Part shown: piece by piece, positions 1 to 10,714 of the stretch
How the letters are laid out: every line of letters begins with the position of its first letter
Position numbering within the stretch: the stretch's first letter is position 1
From: an uncultured Opitutia bacterium
Lineage (GTDB): Bacteria; Verrucomicrobiota; Verrucomicrobiia; Opitutales; Opitutaceae
Assembly (NCBI GenBank): GCA_903872505.1
Contig: CAIQKV010000042.1
Location: 1,139 to 65,138, forward strand
Length of the DNA: 64,000 nt
Direction: 5' to 3'
Translations under genes and position numbers: made by a program
The notes under the pieces: generated by a model
The model's database searches: none
The model's input: only the letters and a program-made list of their open reading frames with translations
What the model was told of the DNA's origin: nothing

Positions 1-296
1 TCGTCGTTCGGGTAGAGCGCGCGAAAGTGCCGCGCCGTGTCGATGGAGTAGCTCACGCCGCCCCGGCGCAGCTCCACGTCGGAGATCTCGAACCGCTTGT
101 CCCACTCGACCGCGGCCCGCAGCATGGCCAGCCGGTCCTCGACGGTGGACTGCATGTCGTTGGGCTTGAGCGGCGCCTGCGCCGCGGGCACGAGGATGAG
201 CCGGTCGAGCTTGCATTGCTCGTACGCATCCTGGGCGGCCAGCAGGTGGCCGAAGTGCACCGGGTCGAAGCTCCCGCCGAGAAATCCGATTTTCAC
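1..296 (-). CDS. nadD: nicotinate-nucleotide adenylyltransferase, N-terminal part (3' end runs off the window)
   Basis: Own reverse translation from GTG at 296-294: VKIGFLGGSFDPVHFGHLLAAQDAYEQCKLDRLILVPAAQAPLKPN...VSYSIDTARHF. Carries the GxFDPxHxGH nucleotidyltransferase motif. Absent from the ORF track because there is no stop inside the window. Confidence 0.8.
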   Translation of the reverse strand, partial: MKIGFLGGSFDPVHFGHLLAAQDAYEQCKLDRLILVPAAQAPLKPNDMQSTVEDRLAMLRAAVEWDKRFEISDVELRRGGVSYSIDTARHFRALYPND

Positions 297-404
297 AGGG
301 TCGCAACGTGGTTGCGGGAGGCCCCCCGGGCAAGGCCCATTTCCCGCGCGCCAAGGGGGTTGACGCTCACCGCCCGCGCCTTGACAGTCACCGCCGAAAC
401 CCGC

Positions 405-487
405 GCCCGGGTGGCGGAATGGTAGACGCAAGGGACTTAAAATCCCTTGGCTGCAAAGCCGTGCTGGTTCGAGTCCGGCCCCGGGCA
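405..487 (+). tRNA. tRNA-Leu (anticodon UAA), class II with long variable arm
   Basis: Cloverleaf read by hand. Acceptor GCCCGGG/CCCGGGC, anticodon stem AGGGA/TCCCT with loop CTTAAAA. Variable arm GGC-TGCAAA-GCC, T arm GCTGG-TTCGAGT-CCGGC, discriminator A. CCA is not encoded. Confidence 0.95.
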
Positions 488-668
488 CTTATGGCGGCCG
501 CGACCGCGCCCCAGCGCGGTGCGCAGATCTTGTGGCGCATGGATTGTTTTGCGCCGCGACCGCGCGTTCTAGGGTTGAAATTGTCCCCACTGCCATTGCG
601 CTCGGGCCTTCCACGGGCACCGGCCATCCGGCCCGGCGCCCACTCCGAAAAACTCCTCCCCTCGTCCC

Positions 669-1898
669 ATGACCGCCGACCCCGCCACCCCGCTTCCCTC
701 CCATCGCCAGCAGCCCGACGCCAAGGGCTTCTTTGGCCCGTTCGGGGGCGCGATGATCCCGCCCCAGCTCCAGCAGCAGATGGATGAGATCACCCACGCG
801 TACCACCGGATCTGTCGCAGCCACGATTTTATCCGTGAGCTTCGCTCGATCCGGGAGCACTTCCAAGGCCGGCCGACCCCCGTGTACTACTGCAAGAACC
901 TGAGCCAGGAGATCGACGGGGCGCGCTTGTACCTCAAGCGGGAGGACCTGAACCACACCGGCGCCCACAAGCTGAACCACTGCATGGGCGAGGCCCTGCT
1001 CGCGAAGTTCCTCGGCAAGAAAAAGCTGATCGCCGAGACCGGCGCCGGGCAGCACGGCGTGGCCCTCGCCACGGCCGGGGCCTACTTCGGCCTGCCGGTC
1101 GAAATCCACATGGGCGCCGTGGACATCGCCAAGCAGCACCCCAATGTCCTCCGGATGAAGATCCTTGGCGCCAAGGTGGTGCCGGTGACCTTCGGCGCGC
1201 AGACGCTCAAGGAGGCCGTGGACTCCGCCTTCCAGGCGTACCTCGTCGACCCGGTCTCCAGCATCTACTGCATTGGCTCGGTGGTGGGGCCGCACCCGTT
1301 CCCGCTCATGGTGCGCGAATTCCAGCGGGTCGTCGGCATCGAGGCCCGCGCCCAGTTCCAGGCCATGACCGGGGAATTGCCGGACAACGTGGTCGCCTGT
1401 GTCGGCGGCGGCTCCAACGCCATGGGCATCTTCACGGCTTTTCTCGACGATCCGGTGCGCCTCCACGGGGTCGAGCCCCTCGGCCGCGGGCCAACCCTCG
1501 GGGACCACGCCGCCACGCTGACCTACGGCACGGAGGGCGTCATGCATGGGTTCAATTCCATCATGCTGAAGGATGCGAAAGGTGAGCCCGCCCCGGTCCA
1601 TTCGGTGGCGAGCGGCCTCGACTATCCTTCCGTCGGGCCGGAGCACGCCTACCTCTCCCGGAGTGGACGGACCATCACGGGGACCGCGACCGACGAGGAG
1701 ACCGTCAAGGCGTTCTTCCGGCTCTCGCGCTCGGAAGGCATCATCCCCGCCCTGGAGAGCGCCCACGCCGTCGCGTATGCGCTCAAGCTCGCCAAGGAGC
1801 GGCCCGACGAGTCGATCCTTGTCAACCTGAGCGGCCGCGGCGACAAGGACATCGACTACGTGATGGAAAATTACGCCGCCCTCGCGGACGAGACCTGA
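669..1898 (+). CDS. trpB: tryptophan synthase beta chain (PLP-dependent)
   Basis: 409 aa with motifs [17 protein letters not shown] (PLP lysine), ETGAGQHG and GGGSNAMG. No trpA is adjacent. Confidence 0.9.
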   Translation: MTADPATPLPSHRQQPDAKGFFGPFGGAMIPPQLQQQMDEITHAYHRICRSHDFIRELRSIREHFQGRPTPVYYCKNLSQEIDGARLYLKREDLNHTGAHKLNHCMGEALLAKFLGKKKLIAETGAGQHGVALATAGAYFGLPVEIHMGAVDIAKQHPNVLRMKILGAKVVPVTFGAQTLKEAVDSAFQAYLVDPVSSIYCIGSVVGPHPFPLMVREFQRVVGIEARAQFQAMTGELPDNVVACVGGGSNAMGIFTAFLDDPVRLHGVEPLGRGPTLGDHAATLTYGTEGVMHGFNSIMLKDAKGEPAPVHSVASGLDYPSVGPEHAYLSRSGRTITGTATDEETVKAFFRLSRSEGIIPALESAHAVAYALKLAKERPDESILVNLSGRGDKDIDYVMENYAALADET

Positions 1899-2063
1899 GG
1901 CGCACCCGACGGCGATGCCATGGTGTGGGCCCGGGCGAGCTCCCTCGCCCACCCCGGCCGGGTGGCCGGCGACGGAATCGAGACACAAGACGCCCGCCCC
2001 ACCCACGCACCCTTGCGCCCTCAGGGGTGCGCCTGCCACGCTCGGGAAAATTTTCCTCCCCTT

Positions 2064-4289
2064 GTGAAACCCCTGGCCCATCCCGTCTCCGCGCAGGTCG
2101 AGGTGCGTGGCGGCCGCCCCACGCTCCTCCTGAACGGCGTCCCCGCGGCGCCCCTGCTCTACACCCTCTCCGACTGCCCCGGGGCGCGCTGGACCTGGGA
2201 AGAGGTACCGGCCCGCAACATCCGGCTCTTCGCCGCCCAGGGCGTGCAGCTTTTCTCCTGCTGCCTGTACCTGGAGCAGCTCCTCGACGCGGCAGGCCGG
2301 CTCAACCTCGATCTCGCCCGCCGCCAGATCGCCGGGATCCTGGCGCAGTGCCCGGGAGCGGGCGTCATGGTGCGGCTCGCCCTCACGGCGCCGGTCAGCT
2401 GGTGCGAGCGCCACCCGGAGGAGTGCGTCGGCTACGCCGACACGACCCCGGAGGAGCCGGCCCACTGGGGCCAGGAACGCCTGATTTCGAACGACGGGGA
2501 GCGGCCGGTGCGCGCCAGTCTGGCCTCGCTGGTCTGGCGCGACTGGGCCGCGGCGCACCTGCGCGATTTCTGCACGGAACTGGCCGCGACCCCCGAGGGC
2601 GGCGCCCTCTTTGCCCTCCATCTCTCAAACGGCCTGTACGGCGAGTGGCATCAATACGGTTTCCTCCACCACGACCCGGACACGGGAAGTGCCGCCACGC
2701 GCTCCTTCCGCGCCTGGCTCGCCGCGCGCTACGGCGACGACGCGGGGCTCGCCCGCGCCTGGCACCGCCCCGGCGCCTGGCTCGCCGCGGCCGTCGCACC
2801 GGATTCGGCCGCGCGTGAGAGCGCCGACTGCGGCCCCCTGCGCGACCCGCGCCGCCACCAGGACGTGATCGACTACTTCACCTGGCTCCACACGACCACG
2901 GCCGACTCGCTCCTGCATCTGGCCGCCGTCGTAAAACGCACCTGGCCCCGGCCGATCATGACCGCCTCCTTCCAGGGGTACTTCTACGGGCAGTTTGGTC
3001 GCAACGCCGCCGGGAGCCATCTCGCCCTCGACCGCGTTCTCGGCTCGCCCCACCTCGACTGCCTCTGCTCGCCCCAGTCCTACGGCGAGAACGTGCGGGC
3101 CCTCGGCGGCTCCGGCCACGCCCGCGGGATTATCGGGAGTGTCCGCCGCGCCGGGAAACTCTGGCTCGACGAGAACGACCACGGCACGAGCCTGGTCGGC
3201 TGCCCCTGGGACCGGCAGTTCAAGTCCACGCTGCCCGACGACGTCGCCTGTCTCCGCCGGAACGTCCTGCAGCCGGTCCTGCGCGGCGGCGGCCAGTGGT
3301 GGTTCGACTTTGGGATGGTCGCCGGGACCCCCGCCTTCGCGGTCCGCGGCAACATCGGCTGGTGGGACCACCCGCTGCTGGCGGGGGAGATCGCCGCCCT
3401 CCACCGGCTGGCCGCGAGCCGCGCGGGGCGACCGTTTTCCCGGCCCGCCGACACGCTCGTCGTGCACGACCCGTGGTCCTACGCCCACACCGTGGCGCGG
3501 CGCTGGTCGCGCGACGGCTTCCAGTTTGGGGACCAGCCCCCGGTGGGCCCCGATCCCTTCTCCGGGCGCGCCACCGACGGGCTCCTCGAGGGGCTGTTTC
3601 ATTCGGGCCTCATGTTCGACGACGCCTTGGTCGGCGAACTGGCGACCCTGGACCTCGCTCCCTATCGGTTGATCATCTTCGGGGCGGCCACGGCGCTCAC
3701 CGCCGCCACGCGCCAGGTGATCGCCGCGCGGGTGGCCCAGGACGGCCGCCACGTTGTCCTGACCGGCTACGCCGGCTGGGGCGACACGGAGCGGATCGGC
3801 GGCGACCTGGCCGCGGCGCTGAGCGGCATCCCGACCGCCAGCCGGCAATCGTCCGCCCCGACCTCGCGGCTCCTCTTGGACGGGGCGAGCGAGGAGCAGA
3901 CTCTGGAGCCGCCCACAGAGGTGCCCACCTACGAGGCCCCCGCCGCGCACTGCATCGGCCACTGGGCCGACGGCGCGGTCAGCGCCGCGTGGCGCGAGGA
4001 CGTCCGCGCCACGTGGTGGTCCTTCGCCGTCTCACCGACCAAGCCGGCACTCCTTCGCGCCCTCGGCCGGCGGGCCGGCTGCCATGTCCTGAACGCCCAC
4101 GACGACGTCACCACCCTCGGGGACGGACTGTTGATGATCCATTCGCTCACCGGGGGCCCGCGCGAGGTGCACCTGCCCGGCGGCCGCGCGCTCAAGCTCG
4201 TGCTCCCGCCACGGAGCACCACCGTCCTGGACGCAACGGACGGGCGCGTCCTCCTCGGCCCGGACTCCCCGGCGGCCCCGCCGGCCTGA
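2064..4289 (+). CDS. glycoside-hydrolase-like TIM-barrel protein (GH42/DUF4832-like), function unknown
   Basis: Long ORF with strong GC3. Motifs GLYGEWHQYGF and FRAWLAARYGDDAGLARAWH are typical of GH42-like beta-galactosidase relatives. Start is uncertain: the track starts at 1920, but I prefer the GTG at 2064, just after an AT-rich stretch. Confidence 0.6.
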   Translation: MKPLAHPVSAQVEVRGGRPTLLLNGVPAAPLLYTLSDCPGARWTWEEVPARNIRLFAAQGVQLFSCCLYLEQLLDAAGRLNLDLARRQIAGILAQCPGAGVMVRLALTAPVSWCERHPEECVGYADTTPEEPAHWGQERLISNDGERPVRASLASLVWRDWAAAHLRDFCTELAATPEGGALFALHLSNGLYGEWHQYGFLHHDPDTGSAATRSFRAWLAARYGDDAGLARAWHRPGAWLAAAVAPDSAARESADCGPLRDPRRHQDVIDYFTWLHTTTADSLLHLAAVVKRTWPRPIMTASFQGYFYGQFGRNAAGSHLALDRVLGSPHLDCLCSPQSYGENVRALGGSGHARGIIGSVRRAGKLWLDENDHGTSLVGCPWDRQFKSTLPDDVACLRRNVLQPVLRGGGQWWFDFGMVAGTPAFAVRGNIGWWDHPLLAGEIAALHRLAASRAGRPFSRPADTLVVHDPWSYAHTVARRWSRDGFQFGDQPPVGPDPFSGRATDGLLEGLFHSGLMFDDALVGELATLDLAPYRLIIFGAATALTAATRQVIAARVAQDGRHVVLTGYAGWGDTERIGGDLAAALSGIPTASRQSSAPTSRLLLDGASEEQTLEPPTEVPTYEAPAAHCIGHWADGAVSAAWREDVRATWWSFAVSPTKPALLRALGRRAGCHVLNAHDDVTTLGDGLLMIHSLTGGPREVHLPGGRALKLVLPPRSTTVLDATDGRVLLGPDSPAAPPA

Positions 4290-4338
4290 AGTCATCCGCC
4301 CGAGACCCGGCTTGGGTCGGGGCGTGCCGCGGCGCGCC

Positions 4339-6348
4339 TCAGTACGCCAGCTCCACCATCTGGTGGCTCGAGAACTCCGGCACCGTGAACGCGACCACGC
4401 CGTCCTTCTGGGTGAAAGCCAGCGGGCCGCCGTCCGGCACGAGCCTCGCCGACTTGACCTTTTTCGGCAGGCGCAGCGCCACGCGCGTGTCGCGCAGCGG
4501 GATGACGTCCTCGATCAGCTCGATCGGCATCTCGCGCAGCTTGCCGCGCACGCTCGTCGGCGAATACAGCAGGTGGGCCACGTAGCGCCGCTCGCGCGGT
4601 TGGTGCATCACGCCGATGCGGCCGGTCGTCGGCAGGTTCGTCTCGACCGGCAGCTTGCCGCCGAGCAGGTGGCGCAGCGCGGCCTCGAAGAAATCGCGGT
4701 AGAGCGGCTGCCCGTACGTCCGGTAGCGGGTGAAAAGGTCGTGCGCGAAGTAGGCGATCTGCTTGCTGATGACCGCGGCCGGCGTCGCCGCGCCGGGCTT
4801 GTCCGGCGCGTGCTGGTGCGAGCAGTAGTGCTCCCACGTGCGGTTGAAATAGCCCTCGCGCCGGCCGGCGAGCACCTTGGCCCGGGTCGGCTTGATCTCG
4901 AACGCGCCGCCGGGGATCGCGATGGGGGACTTCACCGGCACGGCCGGGGTGAGCGGCGTGGCCACGAGGTAGTCCATTTCGCCCTTCGAGCGGCCGAGCA
5001 GTTTCGCGCCCGGGTCGACGGCGAACTTGGCGTGCTTTTCGTCGAGCAGCGCCGTGCCTGCGGCGATGATGCGCCCGCCCTTGGCCAGCAGTTTTTTCGC
5101 CTTCGCCACGTTGGCCGGCGTCATCACAAACGTGTCGGGCAGCACCACGAGGTCGAAGTCGCTCCAGTCCGAGAACATGTCGAGCACCACGTAGGGCTGG
5201 TGCAGCTCGAGCAGCATGCGGCCCGCGCCCTCGTCGGCGACGGCCGACGCCGCCTGGCCGCCGCGCCAGCGTTCCTGGTTGATCTCGCAGCTCACGAGGG
5301 CGATGCGCGCCACGGGCTTCACGTGGTCGCACCACGGCTCCATCGCCTCCACCTCGGCGTAGGCCGCGCCGATCAGCCGGTACGTGTCCAGGTTCATCTC
5401 GCCGTTGGGGTGGAGCTGGTCGCCCACGCTGCACTTCGCGCCGTAGGCGAGCATGGCGCCGCACTCGAACTGGAGCGCCGCCGGCCGCTTGAAGCCGCCG
5501 AACTCGCCCCACGTGTTGTGAAACTTGCCGGTCATGCCGAGGAAGTCCCACTTCTGCGTGATGGCATAGCGCGCCGACATCGGGAAATGGTCGTAGCCCC
5601 AGCCGCCGGTCGGCAGCGACTCCAGCTCGAGGTGCGTGTTGTAGCCGAGGGCCTTGCGCGCGCCGATCGAGATGTGGCCGGAGTTGTGGAACACCGGGTT
5701 GTCCTTGCGCACCGACTGCGCCGCCGCCGTCGTGGCCTTGAAATAGCGGTAGAGCACCTGCTCGCCATACTTCGCCGCGTCGCCGTCGTCCTCGGGGTTG
5801 AGGCCGAGTTGCTTCATCTCCTTCAGCGCGTCGTCGCTGTAGTCTCGCTGCGCGCTGATGATGTCGAGGAAGATGCCGTCGTTGTCCGGCCAGCGCGTGA
5901 CGACCTCCTCGATCTGGGCGCACAGGTAGTCGAGGTAGGGCGAGTTGAACCGCAGGATGCGCACGAACCACTCGACCTCGAACGGCTTGTACATGGTGCC
6001 GTCCTTCTTCTTCACGACCCAGGTCGGGTGCTGGAACGCCGCGTACTCGTCCAGTCCGGCACTGAGGTAGATCGGGCAGCGCACGCCGATCTCGCGGCAG
6101 GCGTCGATCTGGCGCGCCAGCAGGTCGAATTTCAGGTGCGGGTGCATCTTGCCGACCTTGGTCGGGTGGTAGCTGTACCCGTGGTGGCACTTGGAGAAGA
6201 TCGTGATCGAGTTCACGTGGCCGACCTTCAGGGCTTCCTGGAACTGGCGCTTGCTGAACTTCGACCCGATGCCGGGGATGAGCCCGCTGGTGTGAAAATC
6301 GAGGTGGATCTGGCGGAAGCGGAGGTGATGCATGGAAGGGGTTGCCAT
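4339..6348 (-). CDS. glycoside-hydrolase-like protein (TIM barrel plus beta-galactosidase-trimerisation/GATase-like C-terminal half)
   Basis: 669 aa. The N-terminus FRQIHLDFHTS...FSKCHHGYSYHPT is characteristic of an uncharacterised GH-like family common in PVC bacteria. Convergent with the previous gene. Confidence 0.7.
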   Translation of the reverse strand: MATPSMHHLRFRQIHLDFHTSGLIPGIGSKFSKRQFQEALKVGHVNSITIFSKCHHGYSYHPTKVGKMHPHLKFDLLARQIDACREIGVRCPIYLSAGLDEYAAFQHPTWVVKKKDGTMYKPFEVEWFVRILRFNSPYLDYLCAQIEEVVTRWPDNDGIFLDIISAQRDYSDDALKEMKQLGLNPEDDGDAAKYGEQVLYRYFKATTAAAQSVRKDNPVFHNSGHISIGARKALGYNTHLELESLPTGGWGYDHFPMSARYAITQKWDFLGMTGKFHNTWGEFGGFKRPAALQFECGAMLAYGAKCSVGDQLHPNGEMNLDTYRLIGAAYAEVEAMEPWCDHVKPVARIALVSCEINQERWRGGQAASAVADEGAGRMLLELHQPYVVLDMFSDWSDFDLVVLPDTFVMTPANVAKAKKLLAKGGRIIAAGTALLDEKHAKFAVDPGAKLLGRSKGEMDYLVATPLTPAVPVKSPIAIPGGAFEIKPTRAKVLAGRREGYFNRTWEHYCSHQHAPDKPGAATPAAVISKQIAYFAHDLFTRYRTYGQPLYRDFFEAALRHLLGGKLPVETNLPTTGRIGVMHQPRERRYVAHLLYSPTSVRGKLREMPIELIEDVIPLRDTRVALRLPKKVKSARLVPDGGPLAFTQKDGVVAFTVPEFSSHQMVELAY

Positions 6349-6479
6349 TAGCGTACATTAGTGCGCCGACCCCACGGATAAGCGGGACTTTTCTGCGGGG
6401 GGCGAGGCAAAATTGGCTCGCGCACGTATGACGCGACCGCCACAAACACACCTTCCTCAACCTTAGCTTCCCAACCATC

Positions 6480-8951
<2,472 letters not shown>

Positions 8952-8975
8952 GCCTTCCGCCAAGCTTCGCTTTCC

Positions 8976-9007
8976 AGAGCGGGCCGACCGGCCCGCTCTT
9001 TTTTTTT
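8976..9007 (+). terminator. rho-independent terminator of hppA
   Basis: Perfect 10-bp stem AGAGCGGGCC/GGCCCGCTCT with loop GACC, followed by a run of 8 T. Confidence 0.8.
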
Positions 9008-9016
9008 GCGCCCGCG

Positions 9017-9931
9017 TCAGGCGCCCGACCCGGGCAGCTTCTCCGCCACCGCCGCCGCCGGCCAGAATTCGGTGATGTAGCGCTGGATCTCGGCCAGCAC
9101 GGCACGGAGCAGCGGCGTGGGCTCGCCCGGCCAGACCGCCGCCAGTTCGACCGGCGCGAAGCCCTCGAGCGGCAGGCACCGCACCCGCGGATGCTTGATC
9201 AAATCGGGCACGGCGATGCTCACGCCGACCCCGTCGCCGTTCGCCACATACCGGGTGATCAGCTCCATCGAGCTCGCCTCGATCGCCACCGGCCACGTCA
9301 CCCCGTGCCGCTTCAGGCCCTGTTGGAACAGCTGGCTGATGCTCTCGGTCGGCGGCAGGCTGATCAGCGGCAGCGCCGGCTTGCCCTGCGCCCAAAGCTG
9401 GGCCGCTGAGGTGACCTTGGCCCTCCGGTTGACCAGCAGCACGAGCGGAAACCGCATCAGGCGGAGCGCGCGGATGCCGGCCGGTGGCCGGCCGCGCAGC
9501 GGGATGAGGGCGAGATCAATTTCGCGCGCCTGCAACCAAGCCTCCAGCTCCGGCTGGAAACCCGAGCGCAGCCCGAGGCGCAGTTCCGGATGCCCGCGCC
9601 GCACCCGCTGGATCACGACCGGCAGGTAGTCGCGCAGGACGGTTTCCGACGCGCCGATGCGCAACTGCGGCGTCAGGCGGGAGCGCAGCCGGACCCCCAT
9701 GGCGTCGAGGTTGTCGAAAAACGGCCGGACGAAGGCCAGCAGCTCCTGGCCCGCCACCGTCAGCTTGAACGGCTGCCGCTCGAACAGCTTCAACCCGAGG
9801 TCTTCCTCGAGCCGCAGGATCTGGCTGCTCAACGCCGGCTGCTGGATGCCATAGGGCATGTGCCGCACGGCGCGGCTGATGCCGCCATGCCGCGCCACGT
9901 AGTAGAACAACTCCAGGTGGTGGATGTTCAT
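9017..9931 (-). CDS. LysR-family transcriptional regulator
   Basis: Starts MNIHHLELFYYVARHGGISRAVRHMPYGIQQPALSSQILRLEEDLGLKLFER (LysR HTH) followed by a substrate-binding domain. I prefer the ATG at 9931 over the track start at 9982. Confidence 0.9.
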   Translation of the reverse strand: MNIHHLELFYYVARHGGISRAVRHMPYGIQQPALSSQILRLEEDLGLKLFERQPFKLTVAGQELLAFVRPFFDNLDAMGVRLRSRLTPQLRIGASETVLRDYLPVVIQRVRRGHPELRLGLRSGFQPELEAWLQAREIDLALIPLRGRPPAGIRALRLMRFPLVLLVNRRAKVTSAAQLWAQGKPALPLISLPPTESISQLFQQGLKRHGVTWPVAIEASSMELITRYVANGDGVGVSIAVPDLIKHPRVRCLPLEGFAPVELAAVWPGEPTPLLRAVLAEIQRYITEFWPAAAVAEKLPGSGA

Positions 9932-10083
9932 CGCCACGCTACAAGCAATTCTGGCAGTGCCCATTAAGGCAACGCTCATCAACCCCGCCCATCACCGCCG
10001 TCAATTGACCTCATCGGATTTATCAATTATCCCACCCCCCTTGCTTTAAGCTATGCTCTTGCGCGTTGGAAATTGAAGACTCC

Positions 10084-10701
10084 ATGAATGCGATCGGACC
10101 CGCCCTCGGATTCGGTCTCCCGCAGCTGCTGGGGGCCTTGGGTGCGTATGCGCTGGGCTGCCTCAACACGGGCTACTACCTCGTCCGGTGGAAGACCGGC
10201 CAGGACCTCCGCACCATCGGGAGCGGCAACGCCGGCTCGAAGAACGTCGGCCGGATCCTCGGCCCCTGGGGCTTCGGCGCGGCCCTGGTGGGCGACATGC
10301 TGAAGGGGGCGCTCCCGGTCGCGGCGGCCCGGTTCGCCGGGTGGAGCCCCGCGTCCTGCCTCGTGCTGATTCTCGCCGTGACCGTCGGCCACAACTGGCC
10401 CGCCCAGCTTGGATTTCGGGGCGGCAAGGGCGTCGCGACCTCCTTCGCCGCCCTGGTGGTGTTCGACCCGATCCTCGCCGGCCTGATGCTGGCGATCTGC
10501 GCCGGGCTCCTGGCCGTGACGCGCCGGTTCTCGCTCAGCGGCGCCGTGGCCTACGCGCTCAGTCCCGTGCTGGCCATGCTCTGCGGCTACCCCGCCCCGG
10601 TGGTCGCCCTTTTCCTGCCCCTCGCCTGCCTGGTGGTGCTGCCGCACCGCCGGAACCTGCAGGAAGAGTTCAACCGCCGTCCCACCCCGCCCCCAACCTG
10701 A
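10084..10701 (+). CDS. plsY: glycerol-3-phosphate acyltransferase PlsY
   Basis: Motifs GSGNAGSKNVGR and GHNWPAQLGFRGGKGVAT in a multi-TM protein. The ATG at 10084 is preferred over the TTG at 10066. Confidence 0.9.
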   Translation: MNAIGPALGFGLPQLLGALGAYALGCLNTGYYLVRWKTGQDLRTIGSGNAGSKNVGRILGPWGFGAALVGDMLKGALPVAAARFAGWSPASCLVLILAVTVGHNWPAQLGFRGGKGVATSFAALVVFDPILAGLMLAICAGLLAVTRRFSLSGAVAYALSPVLAMLCGYPAPVVALFLPLACLVVLPHRRNLQEEFNRRPTPPPT

Positions 10702-10714
10702 CCCCCACCCCACC

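Noticed and set aside
491-571. Possible trp leader peptide or attenuator upstream of trpB (ATG at 491).
   Set aside because: The short reading frame has a single Trp codon and no tandem Trp. I see no convincing alternative terminator/antiterminator pair followed by a T-run.
489-2621. Very long antisense or off-frame ORFs in the track (e.g. 489-2621 minus, 4292-6757 minus, 4312-6351 plus, 6348-9395 minus, 13179-15200 minus, 15314-17131 minus, 26367-28916 plus, 57306-59861 plus).
   Set aside because: Their translations are Arg/Ala/Gly/Pro-rich low-complexity sequence, typical of shadow frames in high-GC DNA. Each overlaps a gene on the other strand or frame that has clear family motifs and strong GC3.
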